Source: Anaerolineae bacterium (lineage in GTDB: Bacteria > Chloroflexota > Anaerolineae > JACIWR01). Taken from it: DNA of 64,000 nucleotides. Of the stretch, positions 8,606 through 18,590 are shown one piece after another. Below the pieces are notes generated by a model. That model saw only the letters and a program-made list of their open reading frames with translations, did no database searches and had not been told where the DNA came from. Position numbers and translations under genes: made by a program. The DNA lies in assembly GCA_024653325.1 (NCBI GenBank), contig JANLFX010000004.1:6628-70627 (forward strand). Direction: 5' to 3'. Position 1 is the first letter of the stretch; every line of letters starts with the position of its first letter.

Positions 8606-10443
8606 TAGACCTGGCCCTGCGTATGCAGTCCGTTATCACCCATCAATCGTGGTACCAGGGCCGAACGGTCGCACAACCGCCGCTGGCGGCCGGACGGGTG
8701 GGCCTGGGGATTGTCAACCCACAGCCGCAGCCGGCCAGCAACGAGGATGAGACGGTCCTGGTGTGGATGGATGGCGAGATTTACGACTTCCAGCGACAGG
8801 AGCTTTCCCGCCGGTTGCAGGCGGCCGGTCACAGGCTTGAGGGTAAGGGCGATGCAGAGCTACTGGCTCACCTATATGAGGATGAGGGTGAGGATTGTTT
8901 TTACAACCTTGATGGTACGTTCGCTGTGGCGATTTTCGACAACCATCTGAACAAGTTGCTGATCGGCGTGGATCGTGATGCCTCGCGGCAATTGTATTTC
9001 TATACCTGCGACAACCGATTCCTGTTTGCCTCGGAAGTTAAGGCCATCCTGCAGGACCATCGTGTGCCGCGCCGGTTGGATGAACAGGGCCTGGTCGAGT
9101 TCTTCACCTTCCGTCATCCCCTCGGTGAGCGTACGCTGATCAGGGATGTGCGTTTCCTGCCTGCTGGCTGTCTGGTCGTCTTCTGTAATGGCCAGGCTCA
9201 GGTCAGGCGCTACTGGGAACCGGTTGTGGTTGATGATTTTTCTCGATCGCGAGAAGAGTACCTGGCCGAGCTGGAGGCGGGATTGCGATGGGCGCTGGAA
9301 CGTCAGTTGTATGACGACAGGCCCATTGGTGAGATGTTGAGTGGGGGCCTGGATTCCCGCTTGTTGGCTGGCATGATACCGCCCCAGCGGATGGAGCACT
9401 TCCATACCTTCAGTCGAGGCCCACTGGAATGCTGGGATGTCAGATTTGGTACCCTGGTTGCCAGGGCAATCGGCAGCCAGCATCATATCTTTGAGCTCAA
9501 GCCGGATTTTCTCCCCCCCCTGGCCAGACAGGGCGTGTGGTTGACCGACGGGCTGATGACCGTGATGGATATCTATGAGTTGAGTTCCATTGAGCTGGTC
9601 AAGTCCTGTGTTGACGTTGTCTTCCTGGGTCTCGGCCGAGGTTGTGGCATTTTGGGCGGTGTGGAATTGAGCAAAAGGCTGCTGGAGGCCCGAAATCTGG
9701 ACGAAGCGGCGCAGGAGTTTTTCGCTCGACAGGGGACTTATATTCCCCAGGATATGCAGGCCCGGTTGCTCTCTGGCCAGCTCTATAAGAATACACAGGG
9801 CGCAGCCTTTGAGACCTTCCGTCAGATGCTGGAGAGCTGTCAGGCCGACACTCCCGCCGGTCAGGTTGAGGTCTTCTGTATCCAGTGCCGCTGGCCGCGG
9901 TCGGCAAACTATGGCCCTTTTCTGGCCCGCACACAGGTGGAGACCCGCCACCCCTATAATGATAATGACTTCTCTGATCTGGCGTGTCGGGTGCCCGCCC
10001 GCTGGCGGCTGAAGCGGCAGATGGAGATAGCCCTTCTCAAGCGCGTCCGGCCTGACCTGGCCCGGATCCCCTATGACTATACGGGCTTGCCGGCCAGCGT
10101 CAGCACCCCCACTGTCATGTTCATTCAGCGTGGGCTTTATTATATGCGCCGCCGGGCAAGTTATCTGACCCGGGGGTGGATCCCGGCCGGCACGGAACGG
10201 GAACGGGCTAACTATCCGGTCTGGTTTCGCACCAGCCTACGAAAATGGCTGGAAGGTATCCTGCTGGATCGGCGCACGCTGGGTCGCGGTTATCTAAACG
10301 AAGCCTTTCTCAGACAGATGATCCGCGATCACATGAATGGTCGTCGAGACTATTCTATCCAGTTCGGGCTTTTGCTGACCTTTGAGTTGTGGAACCGCCT
10401 GTTCATAGACGGGGAGCCTGTGACCACCGATGCGCCGGGTTAA
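8554..10443 (+). CDS. Asparagine synthetase family (AsnB-like) amidotransferase with degenerate glutaminase active site
   Basis: N-terminal domain aligns to class-II GATase (…GEIYD…, …GDAEL…). Synthetase PP-loop SGGLDS is present (EMLSGGLDSRLL). N-terminus reads M-A-G-IFGI, not M-C-G-I. Confidence 0.8.
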   Translation: MAGIFGIYDPEMAREHLIDLALRMQSVITHQSWYQGRTVAQPPLAAGRVGLGIVNPQPQPASNEDETVLVWMDGEIYDFQRQELSRRLQAAGHRLEGKGDAELLAHLYEDEGEDCFYNLDGTFAVAIFDNHLNKLLIGVDRDASRQLYFYTCDNRFLFASEVKAILQDHRVPRRLDEQGLVEFFTFRHPLGERTLIRDVRFLPAGCLVVFCNGQAQVRRYWEPVVVDDFSRSREEYLAELEAGLRWALERQLYDDRPIGEMLSGGLDSRLLAGMIPPQRMEHFHTFSRGPLECWDVRFGTLVARAIGSQHHIFELKPDFLPPLARQGVWLTDGLMTVMDIYELSSIELVKSCVDVVFLGLGRGCGILGGVELSKRLLEARNLDEAAQEFFARQGTYIPQDMQARLLSGQLYKNTQGAAFETFRQMLESCQADTPAGQVEVFCIQCRWPRSANYGPFLARTQVETRHPYNDNDFSDLACRVPARWRLKRQMEIALLKRVRPDLARIPYDYTGLPASVSTPTVMFIQRGLYYMRRRASYLTRGWIPAGTERERANYPVWFRTSLRKWLEGILLDRRTLGRGYLNEAFLRQMIRDHMNGRRDYSIQFGLLLTFELWNRLFIDGEPVTTDAPG

Positions 10444-12772
10444 TGTCCGATACCCCATCTGGCGGATTCAGGCCGTCCTCGCCAAAGGCCCAGAGCACCT
10501 GCTGAGGCTGGGTCAATGGTATGCAGGGCAGGCTGCTCAGCAAGCCTTCAGGTCCTGGCGTCCTTCGGCAGTGGGCGAAAGGGCATTCCTCGCTCAGCTT
10601 TCCATGCCCTCCGCCCGGCAGGCTAGGCGAGACGGCGATCCTGTGGCATTGAAGCGGGCGGTGGCTCACCACTTCCGGAAGCGTGCCCGGCCTGTGTTCT
10701 TTTTCGACCCGAATGACATCCAGGCTCTTGTCGTCAACGTGCAGGAAGCGGATAAAAAACGCACCATCGCTCAGGCCGATGAGATCTGTGATCTTGTTTT
10801 CCGCTTCCGTGGGGAGCCGCCTGTAGCGTTCGATGGGCCGGTGGATTGGTTCTACTGCCCACGGGGGAACCGCGATTGGACATGGGAGCTGAATCGCCAT
10901 AGCTACTTTGTGACCCTGGGGCGGGCTTATGCTTATACCGGGGACGATCGTTACGTTCACACTTTCCGCGATCTGTTGCTCGATTGGCTCAAGCGTAACC
11001 CGGTGGGACTCGACCAGCCCAATTGGGCCAGTGTGCTCGAGGTCGCTTACCGCATCAATGCCTGGATATGGGCTTACCATCACTTTCGGGTGGCTCCCGG
11101 TCTCGACGACGATGCTCTGCTTGCCTGTCTGCGTGGCCTGTGGATTCACGGCCGCTATCTGGCGGCCAACCTGGAGTATCACGTGCCCAACAATCACCTG
11201 CTGCTGGAAAGCAAAGCCTTGGCGATGTGCGGCCTGTTGTTCCCCGAGTTCAGGGATGCAGGCGAGTGGCTCGAACGCGGGCTTTCTATCCTGTGGCAGC
11301 AACTCCGCCGGCAGGTTGGTCCGGATGGTGTGCACAGGGAACAGGCAACCATGTACCACCGGATGATCACCAGCGAATTGCTTGAGCTGCTCGTGCTGTT
11401 GGACAACAACGGCATCGTCGTGCCTCCAGGCATGAAGGACATTTTCAAGCGATTGCTCGATTTTGAACGTGCTTTCACAGGGCCCGATGGTCAGATTCCT
11501 CTGATCGGCGACTCGAGCCTCAGCGATAGCTATATTCGCTTCTCCGCCCTGTCCGGCGGAGCCGTTTTCCTGGGTTGTGCCGGTGGTGCGCCCGCCGCCA
11601 TTGACGAGGCGACCCTGTGGCTTCTGGGTCTGGAGCGGGTTGCACGACCGTCGCCGTCCGGCGAAGTTTTGGCCCCTCCGGCTTCGCAGGCTTTCCCTGA
11701 GGGTGGCTATTTCATCATGCGGGATGGCGATGGCCGGGAAGCCCCTTATCTGATTTTTGACTGCGGGCCTTTCAGCTATCGCCCGGCACCGGGCCACGGC
11801 CATGCGGATGCCCTGAGTTTTGAATTGCATGCCTGCGGGCGACCGCTGATCGTCGATCCAGGGGTATACACCTACCACCTGGGAAGGCAATGGCGCAACT
11901 ACTTTCGGAGCACCCCGGCTCACAACACGGCCGTCGTGGACGGAGAGGACCAGTCGTTGTTGCTGGGTACGTGGCATATCCTCCGACCGGCACGGGTTAC
12001 GCTCCACGAGTGGGTGACCACCCGGCAATTTGACTTTGTGGACGGTTCCCACGACGGATATACACGCCTTCGTCAGCCCATCATTCATCGGCGGCAGATC
12101 TTCTTCGCCAAACCTGAATACTGGGTCATCTTCGACCTTCTTAATGGGCAGGGCCAGCACCGATTCGATCTCTACTTTCACCTGATGCCCGATGCACGGG
12201 TTTCCCTCGACCCGCTTTCGGGCGCGGCTCGCATCGAGTACAGCAACGGCGTGGGCCTTCTGGTCTGCCCGGCCATCTATGCCGGTTCCCAGGCTGAGGT
12301 TATCGCCGGCAGTCTCGACCCAATCCAGGGCTGGGTTTCCCGGTATTCAGGCGAAAAGACTCCCGCGCCAACCTTGCGATACGGGAAGGTCATAGATGCC
12401 CCGACTATGTTCGTCACCGTTCTTTATCCCTCTGCCCGGATGGATCGGGCCGCTGTCAGGGTGTCGCCACTGGTTGTGACCGACGGGGAGAGGGCTTTCG
12501 ACGAGGTAACAGTGACCGGGCTGAGAGTTGAAGTGGGCCCATATGTGGACTATCTGGTGGTGGATCGTCGTGAACAGCCGGGCCGCAAGGCCTTCGGCCG
12601 CTACATCACCGACGGGAGACTCGTTTATCTACGCCGGTGTACCTCAGGCAGTGGGCCGATCAAGGCTGTTATCCATCGAGGTAGCGAGCTCAGGCTGAGC
12701 AGCGAACCATGGATCGTGCGTGCTGAAGGGCCTGTATCCCGTGAACCTACGGAGTATAACGGCTGGAGTTAA
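10430..12772 (+). CDS. Heparinase II/III-like protein (alginate-lyase-like N-domain + Hepar_II_III C-domain; PL12/PL15/PL17-type fold), no signal peptide
   Basis: Motif HGHADALSFELHACGRPLIVDPGVYTYH is typical of Hepar_II_III family. The architecture fits at 780 aa. The N-terminus lacks a signal peptide. Confidence 0.7.
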   Translation: MRRVNVRYPIWRIQAVLAKGPEHLLRLGQWYAGQAAQQAFRSWRPSAVGERAFLAQLSMPSARQARRDGDPVALKRAVAHHFRKRARPVFFFDPNDIQALVVNVQEADKKRTIAQADEICDLVFRFRGEPPVAFDGPVDWFYCPRGNRDWTWELNRHSYFVTLGRAYAYTGDDRYVHTFRDLLLDWLKRNPVGLDQPNWASVLEVAYRINAWIWAYHHFRVAPGLDDDALLACLRGLWIHGRYLAANLEYHVPNNHLLLESKALAMCGLLFPEFRDAGEWLERGLSILWQQLRRQVGPDGVHREQATMYHRMITSELLELLVLLDNNGIVVPPGMKDIFKRLLDFERAFTGPDGQIPLIGDSSLSDSYIRFSALSGGAVFLGCAGGAPAAIDEATLWLLGLERVARPSPSGEVLAPPASQAFPEGGYFIMRDGDGREAPYLIFDCGPFSYRPAPGHGHADALSFELHACGRPLIVDPGVYTYHLGRQWRNYFRSTPAHNTAVVDGEDQSLLLGTWHILRPARVTLHEWVTTRQFDFVDGSHDGYTRLRQPIIHRRQIFFAKPEYWVIFDLLNGQGQHRFDLYFHLMPDARVSLDPLSGAARIEYSNGVGLLVCPAIYAGSQAEVIAGSLDPIQGWVSRYSGEKTPAPTLRYGKVIDAPTMFVTVLYPSARMDRAAVRVSPLVVTDGERAFDEVTVTGLRVEVGPYVDYLVVDRREQPGRKAFGRYITDGRLVYLRRCTSGSGPIKAVIHRGSELRLSSEPWIVRAEGPVSREPTEYNGWS

Positions 12773-12777
12773 TTAAG

Positions 12778-14070
12778 ATGCCGATCATCGCTTACGTCTC
12801 GCAACAGTTTCCCTGCCTTACTATGACCTTCATTTACCGCGAGGTCCTGGCTCTCCGTCGTTATGGCCTGACTATCCGCCCGATTTCGACGTGGCGCCCT
12901 CCGGCAGGCGTGATGTCCGAAGAGGCAGTAGAGCTGATCGGTGAAACCTTCTACATCTTTCCATTGCCCTGGCTAAGGCTGCTGGGCAATCACCTGCACT
13001 ACTTACTGACACGACCGGGGCGCTATCTGGGGACGTTGGGGCGACTTGTGCTCTTTAACCGTGAGCCGCTCAGGCACCGCTTACGCCTGCTGGTCCATTT
13101 TATCTACGCCGTCCGGGCCGCTGCTGAGATAGAGCGCTGCCAGGCTCAGCATATTCACGCCGACTTTGCTTTGAACGCTGCCACGGTCGCTATGGTGGCT
13201 TCGTGGCTTACCGGCAGACCTTTCAGCTTTACTGCCCACGCCGCCGATATCTTTGTTGACCCCATCCTGCTCCGGGAGAAGATCGCAGCCGCTTCTTTCG
13301 TAGTGTCCATCTCGGAATATAACAAGCGACACTTGGTCAGTATAGCGGGTGATAACGGAGTAGCCGGTAAGATTCATTTAGTTCACTATGGACTGAACAT
13401 AGATCAGTTCACTCCCAATCCGAACCGAAAACCGAACGCTGTCCCGGTGCTCCTGACTGTCGGGCGGTTGGTTGAGAAAAAGGGCCTCCAGTATCTGGTG
13501 AAAGCCTGCCGCATTCTGGTCGAGCAGGGGTATGAGTTCGAGTGTCTGATCGTTGGTCAGGGGCCTGAAGAGAAGATGCTGCGCCAGCTCATTCGGGAGT
13601 ACGGCCTGGGCGAGCGGGTTCATCTGCTTGGGGCGATGCCTCAGGAACGGGTGCGGGAATTGTTCCGGCGGGCCGATCTCTTCGTCCTCCCGTGTGTGGT
13701 GGCCAGCAACGGCGATCGGGACGGCATCCCCGTGGTCCTGATCGAAGCGATGGCGATGGGGTTGCCTGTGGTCTCGACCTCTCTTTCGGGCATACCGGAG
13801 CTGATCGAAAACGGGGTGAGCGGCTGGGTGGTCTCCCCTCATGACGAGGAAGAGCTGGCCGGGGCGATGGCTAAGTTGTTGCGGGATCCTCACCAGCGGG
13901 CGAGGATGGGCGCTGTCGGGCGACGTAAGGTTCTGGAGGAGTTCAACATAGAGCGGAGTGCAGCTCAACTGTGTGCCCTGTTCAACGGGTCAACGACCGG
14001 ACGATGCGAAGCGGTAGCGATGGCAGTAGAGGATGGGTTGGAATGTTCTTCAAGAAATGGTTCTGTGTAG
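12778..14070 (+). CDS. Glycosyltransferase family 4
   Basis: …VVLIEAMAMGLPVVSTSLSGIPELIENGVSGWVV…, a GT4 motif. Confidence 0.8.
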   Translation: MPIIAYVSQQFPCLTMTFIYREVLALRRYGLTIRPISTWRPPAGVMSEEAVELIGETFYIFPLPWLRLLGNHLHYLLTRPGRYLGTLGRLVLFNREPLRHRLRLLVHFIYAVRAAAEIERCQAQHIHADFALNAATVAMVASWLTGRPFSFTAHAADIFVDPILLREKIAAASFVVSISEYNKRHLVSIAGDNGVAGKIHLVHYGLNIDQFTPNPNRKPNAVPVLLTVGRLVEKKGLQYLVKACRILVEQGYEFECLIVGQGPEEKMLRQLIREYGLGERVHLLGAMPQERVRELFRRADLFVLPCVVASNGDRDGIPVVLIEAMAMGLPVVSTSLSGIPELIENGVSGWVVSPHDEEELAGAMAKLLRDPHQRARMGAVGRRKVLEEFNIERSAAQLCALFNGSTTGRCEAVAMAVEDGLECSSRNGSV

Positions 14071-15122
14071 GGAAGGCAATAGCACAGGACGGGCTTGTCC
14101 GGTGGGCAATTTGCATTATGTTTGCAGGTTTTCTTTTGTTGTCGTTTGCTTTCAAAGGCCTGGGTGCGAAATTGCCTGACCCCAGCGGGCTGGGAGGTCT
14201 GAAGGGCGATGATTCGCCGACTCCCTCCGGCAATTATCCGATGTTCCTGCCGCTTGTAATGCGCAGTGAAACATGGCGGCCCTTTTCCGACAACAGCCCC
14301 TGGAATCTTCCCATCCCTGCCAATCCGGCAATAGATCCCAATTCCGGTGCGATGATCGCCCATCTCCAGCAATCGTCGAGTCCTGTGTTCTGGATCAATA
14401 TCTACACCTATACTGTGCCTGTCTGGATGGCCGACAGCTCTACCCCTGAATACAAAGTAACCTGCACGCAGGGGTACTGTGGACCCGACTTTGACCACGT
14501 CCCCATTCCCGACGGAGCTGTCCCTGATCCGGGCAGTGATGCTCACATGCTCATCCTGGACTTGGGAAGGCATACGTCGTGGGATATGTGGCTGGCGCAT
14601 CAGGCCCAGGACGGCTCCTGGACGGCCGGGTTTGGCACGACGTTCGATCTCAATGGAGACGGGGTGAAACCCTACGGGCAAGGAAGCGCTCGCGGCTCGG
14701 GCTTTCCGTTGGCAGCAGGGCTGATCTATGCAGACGAAGTTAGAGCAGGACACATCCGTCACGCGTTGGTTATGGCCTACGACTGGCCCCGTAACTGCCT
14801 GGTATATCCGGCCAGCACCAACTGTGGCCTGAGCTCCGCTTCTGATGCCATCCCGATAGGTGCCCGTTTGCAATTAGACCCATCGCTGAACCTGGACACA
14901 CTTGGATTGAGCCCGGGGGGCAAAGTGGTGGCCCGGGCCATGCAGGAATATGGGGTGTACGTAGGTGACAACAGTTATGGCCTTAGCCTCTACGCCGAAT
15001 CCTTTTATGGAAAACCAGAGGACCCCTGGAAAGAGCTTCTCAAAGAAAATGACCTCGTTAAGCTTCCGATCAACAAATTGCGGGTGCTCAAATTGGGTGA
15101 ATTAAGATGCGATCCCCATTAG
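14043..15122 (+). CDS. Hypothetical secreted protein (signal peptide or signal anchor, then …FLPLVMRSETWRP… motif)
   Basis: Start at MFFKKW with GAGG 8 nt upstream, and a hydrophobic h-region (AICIMFAGFLLLSFAF). No family recognised. Alternative start at 13971. Confidence 0.4.
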   Translation: MFFKKWFCVGKAIAQDGLVRWAICIMFAGFLLLSFAFKGLGAKLPDPSGLGGLKGDDSPTPSGNYPMFLPLVMRSETWRPFSDNSPWNLPIPANPAIDPNSGAMIAHLQQSSSPVFWINIYTYTVPVWMADSSTPEYKVTCTQGYCGPDFDHVPIPDGAVPDPGSDAHMLILDLGRHTSWDMWLAHQAQDGSWTAGFGTTFDLNGDGVKPYGQGSARGSGFPLAAGLIYADEVRAGHIRHALVMAYDWPRNCLVYPASTNCGLSSASDAIPIGARLQLDPSLNLDTLGLSPGGKVVARAMQEYGVYVGDNSYGLSLYAESFYGKPEDPWKELLKENDLVKLPINKLRVLKLGELRCDPH

Positions 15123-17503
15123 TCTCAGACCGATGGCCGCTCTACGGGAGGAGGCCTCACCCTATCAATCAAAGAAAGCAGAAGTATGGAGAAACGATAA
15201 AGGCCGGTTTAGCCATCCCATTCATCATTAGCCTTATCACCATAGTCAGCGTACTGGCCTGCGGGACGACGCGCTGGATAGCTTCGCCTGAATCACCAGT
15301 GAAGGCTCCTGCTACCGCCAGCCCGTACATGTGGACCCGCCACACGGTGGGCGGCGGTGGCGGACAGACTGGCATTGCTATAGATCCGATGAATACCGAA
15401 GTCGTTTACGTGACCACCGACAATGGCGGGATCATCAAGTCAACCGACGGTGGGGAAACCTGGTTCTCAATCAACAATAACATCGGCAACCGCCTGCTTG
15501 CTGATGTGGAGCTCGATCCCCTTGATCCCAACGTCATATACGTAGCAGCGCAGGTCTATGCCAAAAGCCCCAGTTGGAGCGACGATCCCACGAATGGGGA
15601 ACTCTACCGTTCCCGAGATGGAGGACAAAGCTGGGAGATAGTGCACGCCGAGGGCATGGGCCCAGGAGACGGACGGTGTTTTGGGATCGTGCAATGGCCG
15701 AGCACGAGAAGTATCCTCATCCCCTACGATCCAGCAGATCCAGACCGTTACGATGCTGATAGCGACCATCTCACGGATATGATTTACATTGGGGGATGGG
15801 ATGCGGATGAGGCAAGCGCTGACAAACGAGCAGGCATCTGGAAAAGCACCGATGAGGGGGTTACCTTCACCCAGATTGCCTTGAATGATAAAAACATCTG
15901 GGTACTGCGTCAAGACCCCGATGATCCGGAAACTTTGTATGCCGGAACACATGGAGACGGCTTATTCGTCAGTCGAGATGGGGGGATTAACTGGGAGGAC
16001 TGGTGCGACCGGATCCCCATACCAATGATCAGCGACATCGCCATTGTCCCGAATACCGATACTTTGTATGTGGCTACCAACGGATTATTTAGCCAGTATG
16101 GCGGTGACAAATATCGAGACAAACGGGGGATCTACAAGAGTACCGATGGAGGGGCAAGCTTTTTCCCTGTCAATTCGGGGTTGGAAAAGACCAGTTTGAA
16201 TTTCGAAGTATTACTCTTAGATCGAACCGATTCCTCAGGAAAGACGCTTTACACCGGCCCCTGGTGGGGAAACAGACAAGGCATCTACAAGACTACCGAC
16301 GGAGGAGTTCGTTGGACGCAGATGAAACACGAGGTTGTGCGGAACCCCTATTGGTTCTCCCGTTTCGATAATCTGTGGACGCTGGAACAGGCTGACGATG
16401 GCACAATGTTTGCAGGCACTTGGCGGGGTATCTACCGTTATAATCCAACGAGCCAGCGTTGGGAAATTAAAGTAAACGGATTGGGCAATGTAAGCGTACA
16501 GAGCATCGCTTTTGAACCGGGCAACAGTTCGACCATCTATCTCGGCATCCTGGATAGTACCCCCTGGAAGAGTGTGGATAAAGGATTGACGTGGTCGAAC
16601 ATCGGCAGGGGGTTCACCACGGCGGATGGAGCACAAGAGGCTGGTGCTTCTGATTTTGCCATCTCAGAGACCAATCCCCAAATCATATACGCGACGGGTA
16701 TAGGCTCCAGTGGCCGTTATCTCAGCGCGGTCAACAAATCTCAAGATGGGGGGGCCCACTGGCGCCGGATCACCAATGGTTTGCCTGCCACTACATCTGA
16801 GGATCCCCAGTGGCAGGCCACCGCCATCGTAGTCAGTGCACACGATCCTGACGTCGCCTATGTCGCTTTACAGATGAAATCAGGGGGCGGGCGCATCTAC
16901 AAGACAATCAATGGTGGCAGGCAATGGAATGAAGTGTACGCGTTCCCTGAGAACCCTACAGACCTAGCCATCTCCTCGACCGATCCGGAGACAATTGTGT
17001 GTGCCACTGAACGGGGAGTCATCCACGTTGGGAAAGAAGGTGGTAGCCAGTGGCAATCGCACGATCTCGGTCTGGGGTTGCTCTACGCTGTTGATGTGTT
17101 CCCCACCGATCCGGATAGAATTTTGGTCGGCGCGAATATCGCCGGGGCTTTTTTAACCACCGACGGGGGAGATTCCTGGCAGCACATTTTTGATGCTGAC
17201 AAGCTCCAGCAGTTCATCGGTGATCTTGCCCTGAGCGCATTCGCCCGAGAACGTTACTGGCCAACAACTACGGCAGTCAAGTTCGATCCCCATGATCCCA
17301 ATACTCTGTACATAGGCCACAACCCAAGTATATGGATGGGGATAGGCGTGCTGAAATCCACTGATGGCGGTCAGAGTTGGGTCTCGTTAACGGATGCGGG
17401 ATTTCAAATGCGCTCAGTCAGCGATTTCGATCTGGATCCACTGACCGGTGATTTGGCAGTGGGAACATGGGAGGTCTACTACTATCACGCAGATGCGAAG
17501 TGA
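15107..17503 (+). CDS. BNR/Asp-box repeat beta-propeller protein (sialidase/xyloglucanase-like fold), N-terminal signal anchor
   Basis: About 12 Asp-box motifs (S-x-D-x-G-x-T-W), for example STDGGETWFSI, SRDGGQSWEIV, STDGGASFFPV, TTDGGVRWTQM, SQDGGAHWRRI, STDGGQSWVSL. One TM helix near the N-terminus. Confidence 0.8.
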   Translation: MRSPLVSDRWPLYGRRPHPINQRKQKYGETIKAGLAIPFIISLITIVSVLACGTTRWIASPESPVKAPATASPYMWTRHTVGGGGGQTGIAIDPMNTEVVYVTTDNGGIIKSTDGGETWFSINNNIGNRLLADVELDPLDPNVIYVAAQVYAKSPSWSDDPTNGELYRSRDGGQSWEIVHAEGMGPGDGRCFGIVQWPSTRSILIPYDPADPDRYDADSDHLTDMIYIGGWDADEASADKRAGIWKSTDEGVTFTQIALNDKNIWVLRQDPDDPETLYAGTHGDGLFVSRDGGINWEDWCDRIPIPMISDIAIVPNTDTLYVATNGLFSQYGGDKYRDKRGIYKSTDGGASFFPVNSGLEKTSLNFEVLLLDRTDSSGKTLYTGPWWGNRQGIYKTTDGGVRWTQMKHEVVRNPYWFSRFDNLWTLEQADDGTMFAGTWRGIYRYNPTSQRWEIKVNGLGNVSVQSIAFEPGNSSTIYLGILDSTPWKSVDKGLTWSNIGRGFTTADGAQEAGASDFAISETNPQIIYATGIGSSGRYLSAVNKSQDGGAHWRRITNGLPATTSEDPQWQATAIVVSAHDPDVAYVALQMKSGGGRIYKTINGGRQWNEVYAFPENPTDLAISSTDPETIVCATERGVIHVGKEGGSQWQSHDLGLGLLYAVDVFPTDPDRILVGANIAGAFLTTDGGDSWQHIFDADKLQQFIGDLALSAFARERYWPTTTAVKFDPHDPNTLYIGHNPSIWMGIGVLKSTDGGQSWVSLTDAGFQMRSVSDFDLDPLTGDLAVGTWEVYYYHADAK

Positions 17504-17527
17504 GGATAATCTCAAAGGATTGCGCCA

Positions 17528-18565
17528 ATGACCACCATTGCCAGCAGAAGTAAAGTGCCGGGGGTAGAACACAATCAGACATTAAGCCCAGTTCGTCCAG
17601 CTCTGTTTTTGGCCTGGTCCCCACCCAGCCACACCCGGCGCAGCGAGTTGATGGCTCGCAGAATGGGTATTCCTCTACGGCGGGTTCATGTCTTAAAGAT
17701 GAAGCCCTACCTGGCCCCGCTGCGCTACGTCGTTCAGGCATTTTTGACCTTGATAATATTGTTTCGTGAACGACCTAGAGCGGTGTTTGTCCAGAACCCA
17801 CCCATCTTTGCACCGTTGCTCGCCTGGATTTACTGTGCCCTCACTGGAAGCGGCCTGATTATTGACTCCCACACCGACGCACTGCAAAGCCGAATCTGGA
17901 AGTGGTCATTACCCCTACACCGCTTTCTGTCGCGCCGTGCCCTGACCACTATCGTCACCAACGATTATTTGAGCCAAACCGTCGCCCAATGGGGAGCCCG
18001 CACCCAAATCATTGTTGATGTTCCTAGTGATCTGCCCACGGGCCGACCATACCCTACCGGTTATCCTTTCAACATCGCCATGATCAGTTCCTTCGCACCG
18101 GACGAGCCTCTGGATGAGGTGATCGAGGTCGCTTGCAGCCTGCCCGAGGTTGGCTTTTACGTCACTGGCGATCCGGTACAGGGTTTCAAACGGTTGCCTG
18201 CCAGCCTGCCTCCCAACCTGCGACTGACCGGCTTTCTGCCTGATGACGAGTACTACGGCCTGCTGCGTTCGGTGCAAGCAGTGATGGCTCTGACAACTGA
18301 AGATCACACTATGCAGCGTGGCGCCTGTGAGGCCGTCTGGCTGAGCCAGCCGATTATCACCTCCGACTGGCCGCTGTTGCGGCAGGCTTTCCACAAAGGA
18401 ACTATCCACGTGGACAACACCGTCGAGGGCATCCGAAGCGGTGTGCTGCAAATGCGCGCCAGGTATCCGCAATTAGCCAGTGAGATTTTGCTATTGCAAG
18501 AGGAGCGAAGACGGCAGTGGCAAGCCATCGAGCAAAAGTTAGATACCCTGATCGGGCAAACCTGA
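17528..18565 (+). CDS. Putative glycosyltransferase-like protein (divergent GT-B C-domain)
   Basis: …QRGACEAVWLSQPIITSD… resembles the E-x7-E / G-x-P region of GT4/GT1. Otherwise weak. Start uncertain. Confidence 0.4.
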   Translation: MTTIASRSKVPGVEHNQTLSPVRPALFLAWSPPSHTRRSELMARRMGIPLRRVHVLKMKPYLAPLRYVVQAFLTLIILFRERPRAVFVQNPPIFAPLLAWIYCALTGSGLIIDSHTDALQSRIWKWSLPLHRFLSRRALTTIVTNDYLSQTVAQWGARTQIIVDVPSDLPTGRPYPTGYPFNIAMISSFAPDEPLDEVIEVACSLPEVGFYVTGDPVQGFKRLPASLPPNLRLTGFLPDDEYYGLLRSVQAVMALTTEDHTMQRGACEAVWLSQPIITSDWPLLRQAFHKGTIHVDNTVEGIRSGVLQMRARYPQLASEILLLQEERRRQWQAIEQKLDTLIGQT

Positions 18566-18590
18566 AACCCAGGAAAAGGACTGAACGTTC

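Noticed and set aside
10403-12181. Long antisense ORFs inside coding genes (e.g. 592 aa at 10403-12181 minus, 359 aa at 8872-9951 minus, 460 aa at 55636-57018 minus, 348 aa at 45914-46960 minus, 308 aa at 42166-43092 minus)
   Set aside because: Typical high-GC artefacts. They have low-complexity Arg/Pro/Gly-rich translations, no motifs, and lie fully within well-supported sense-strand genes.
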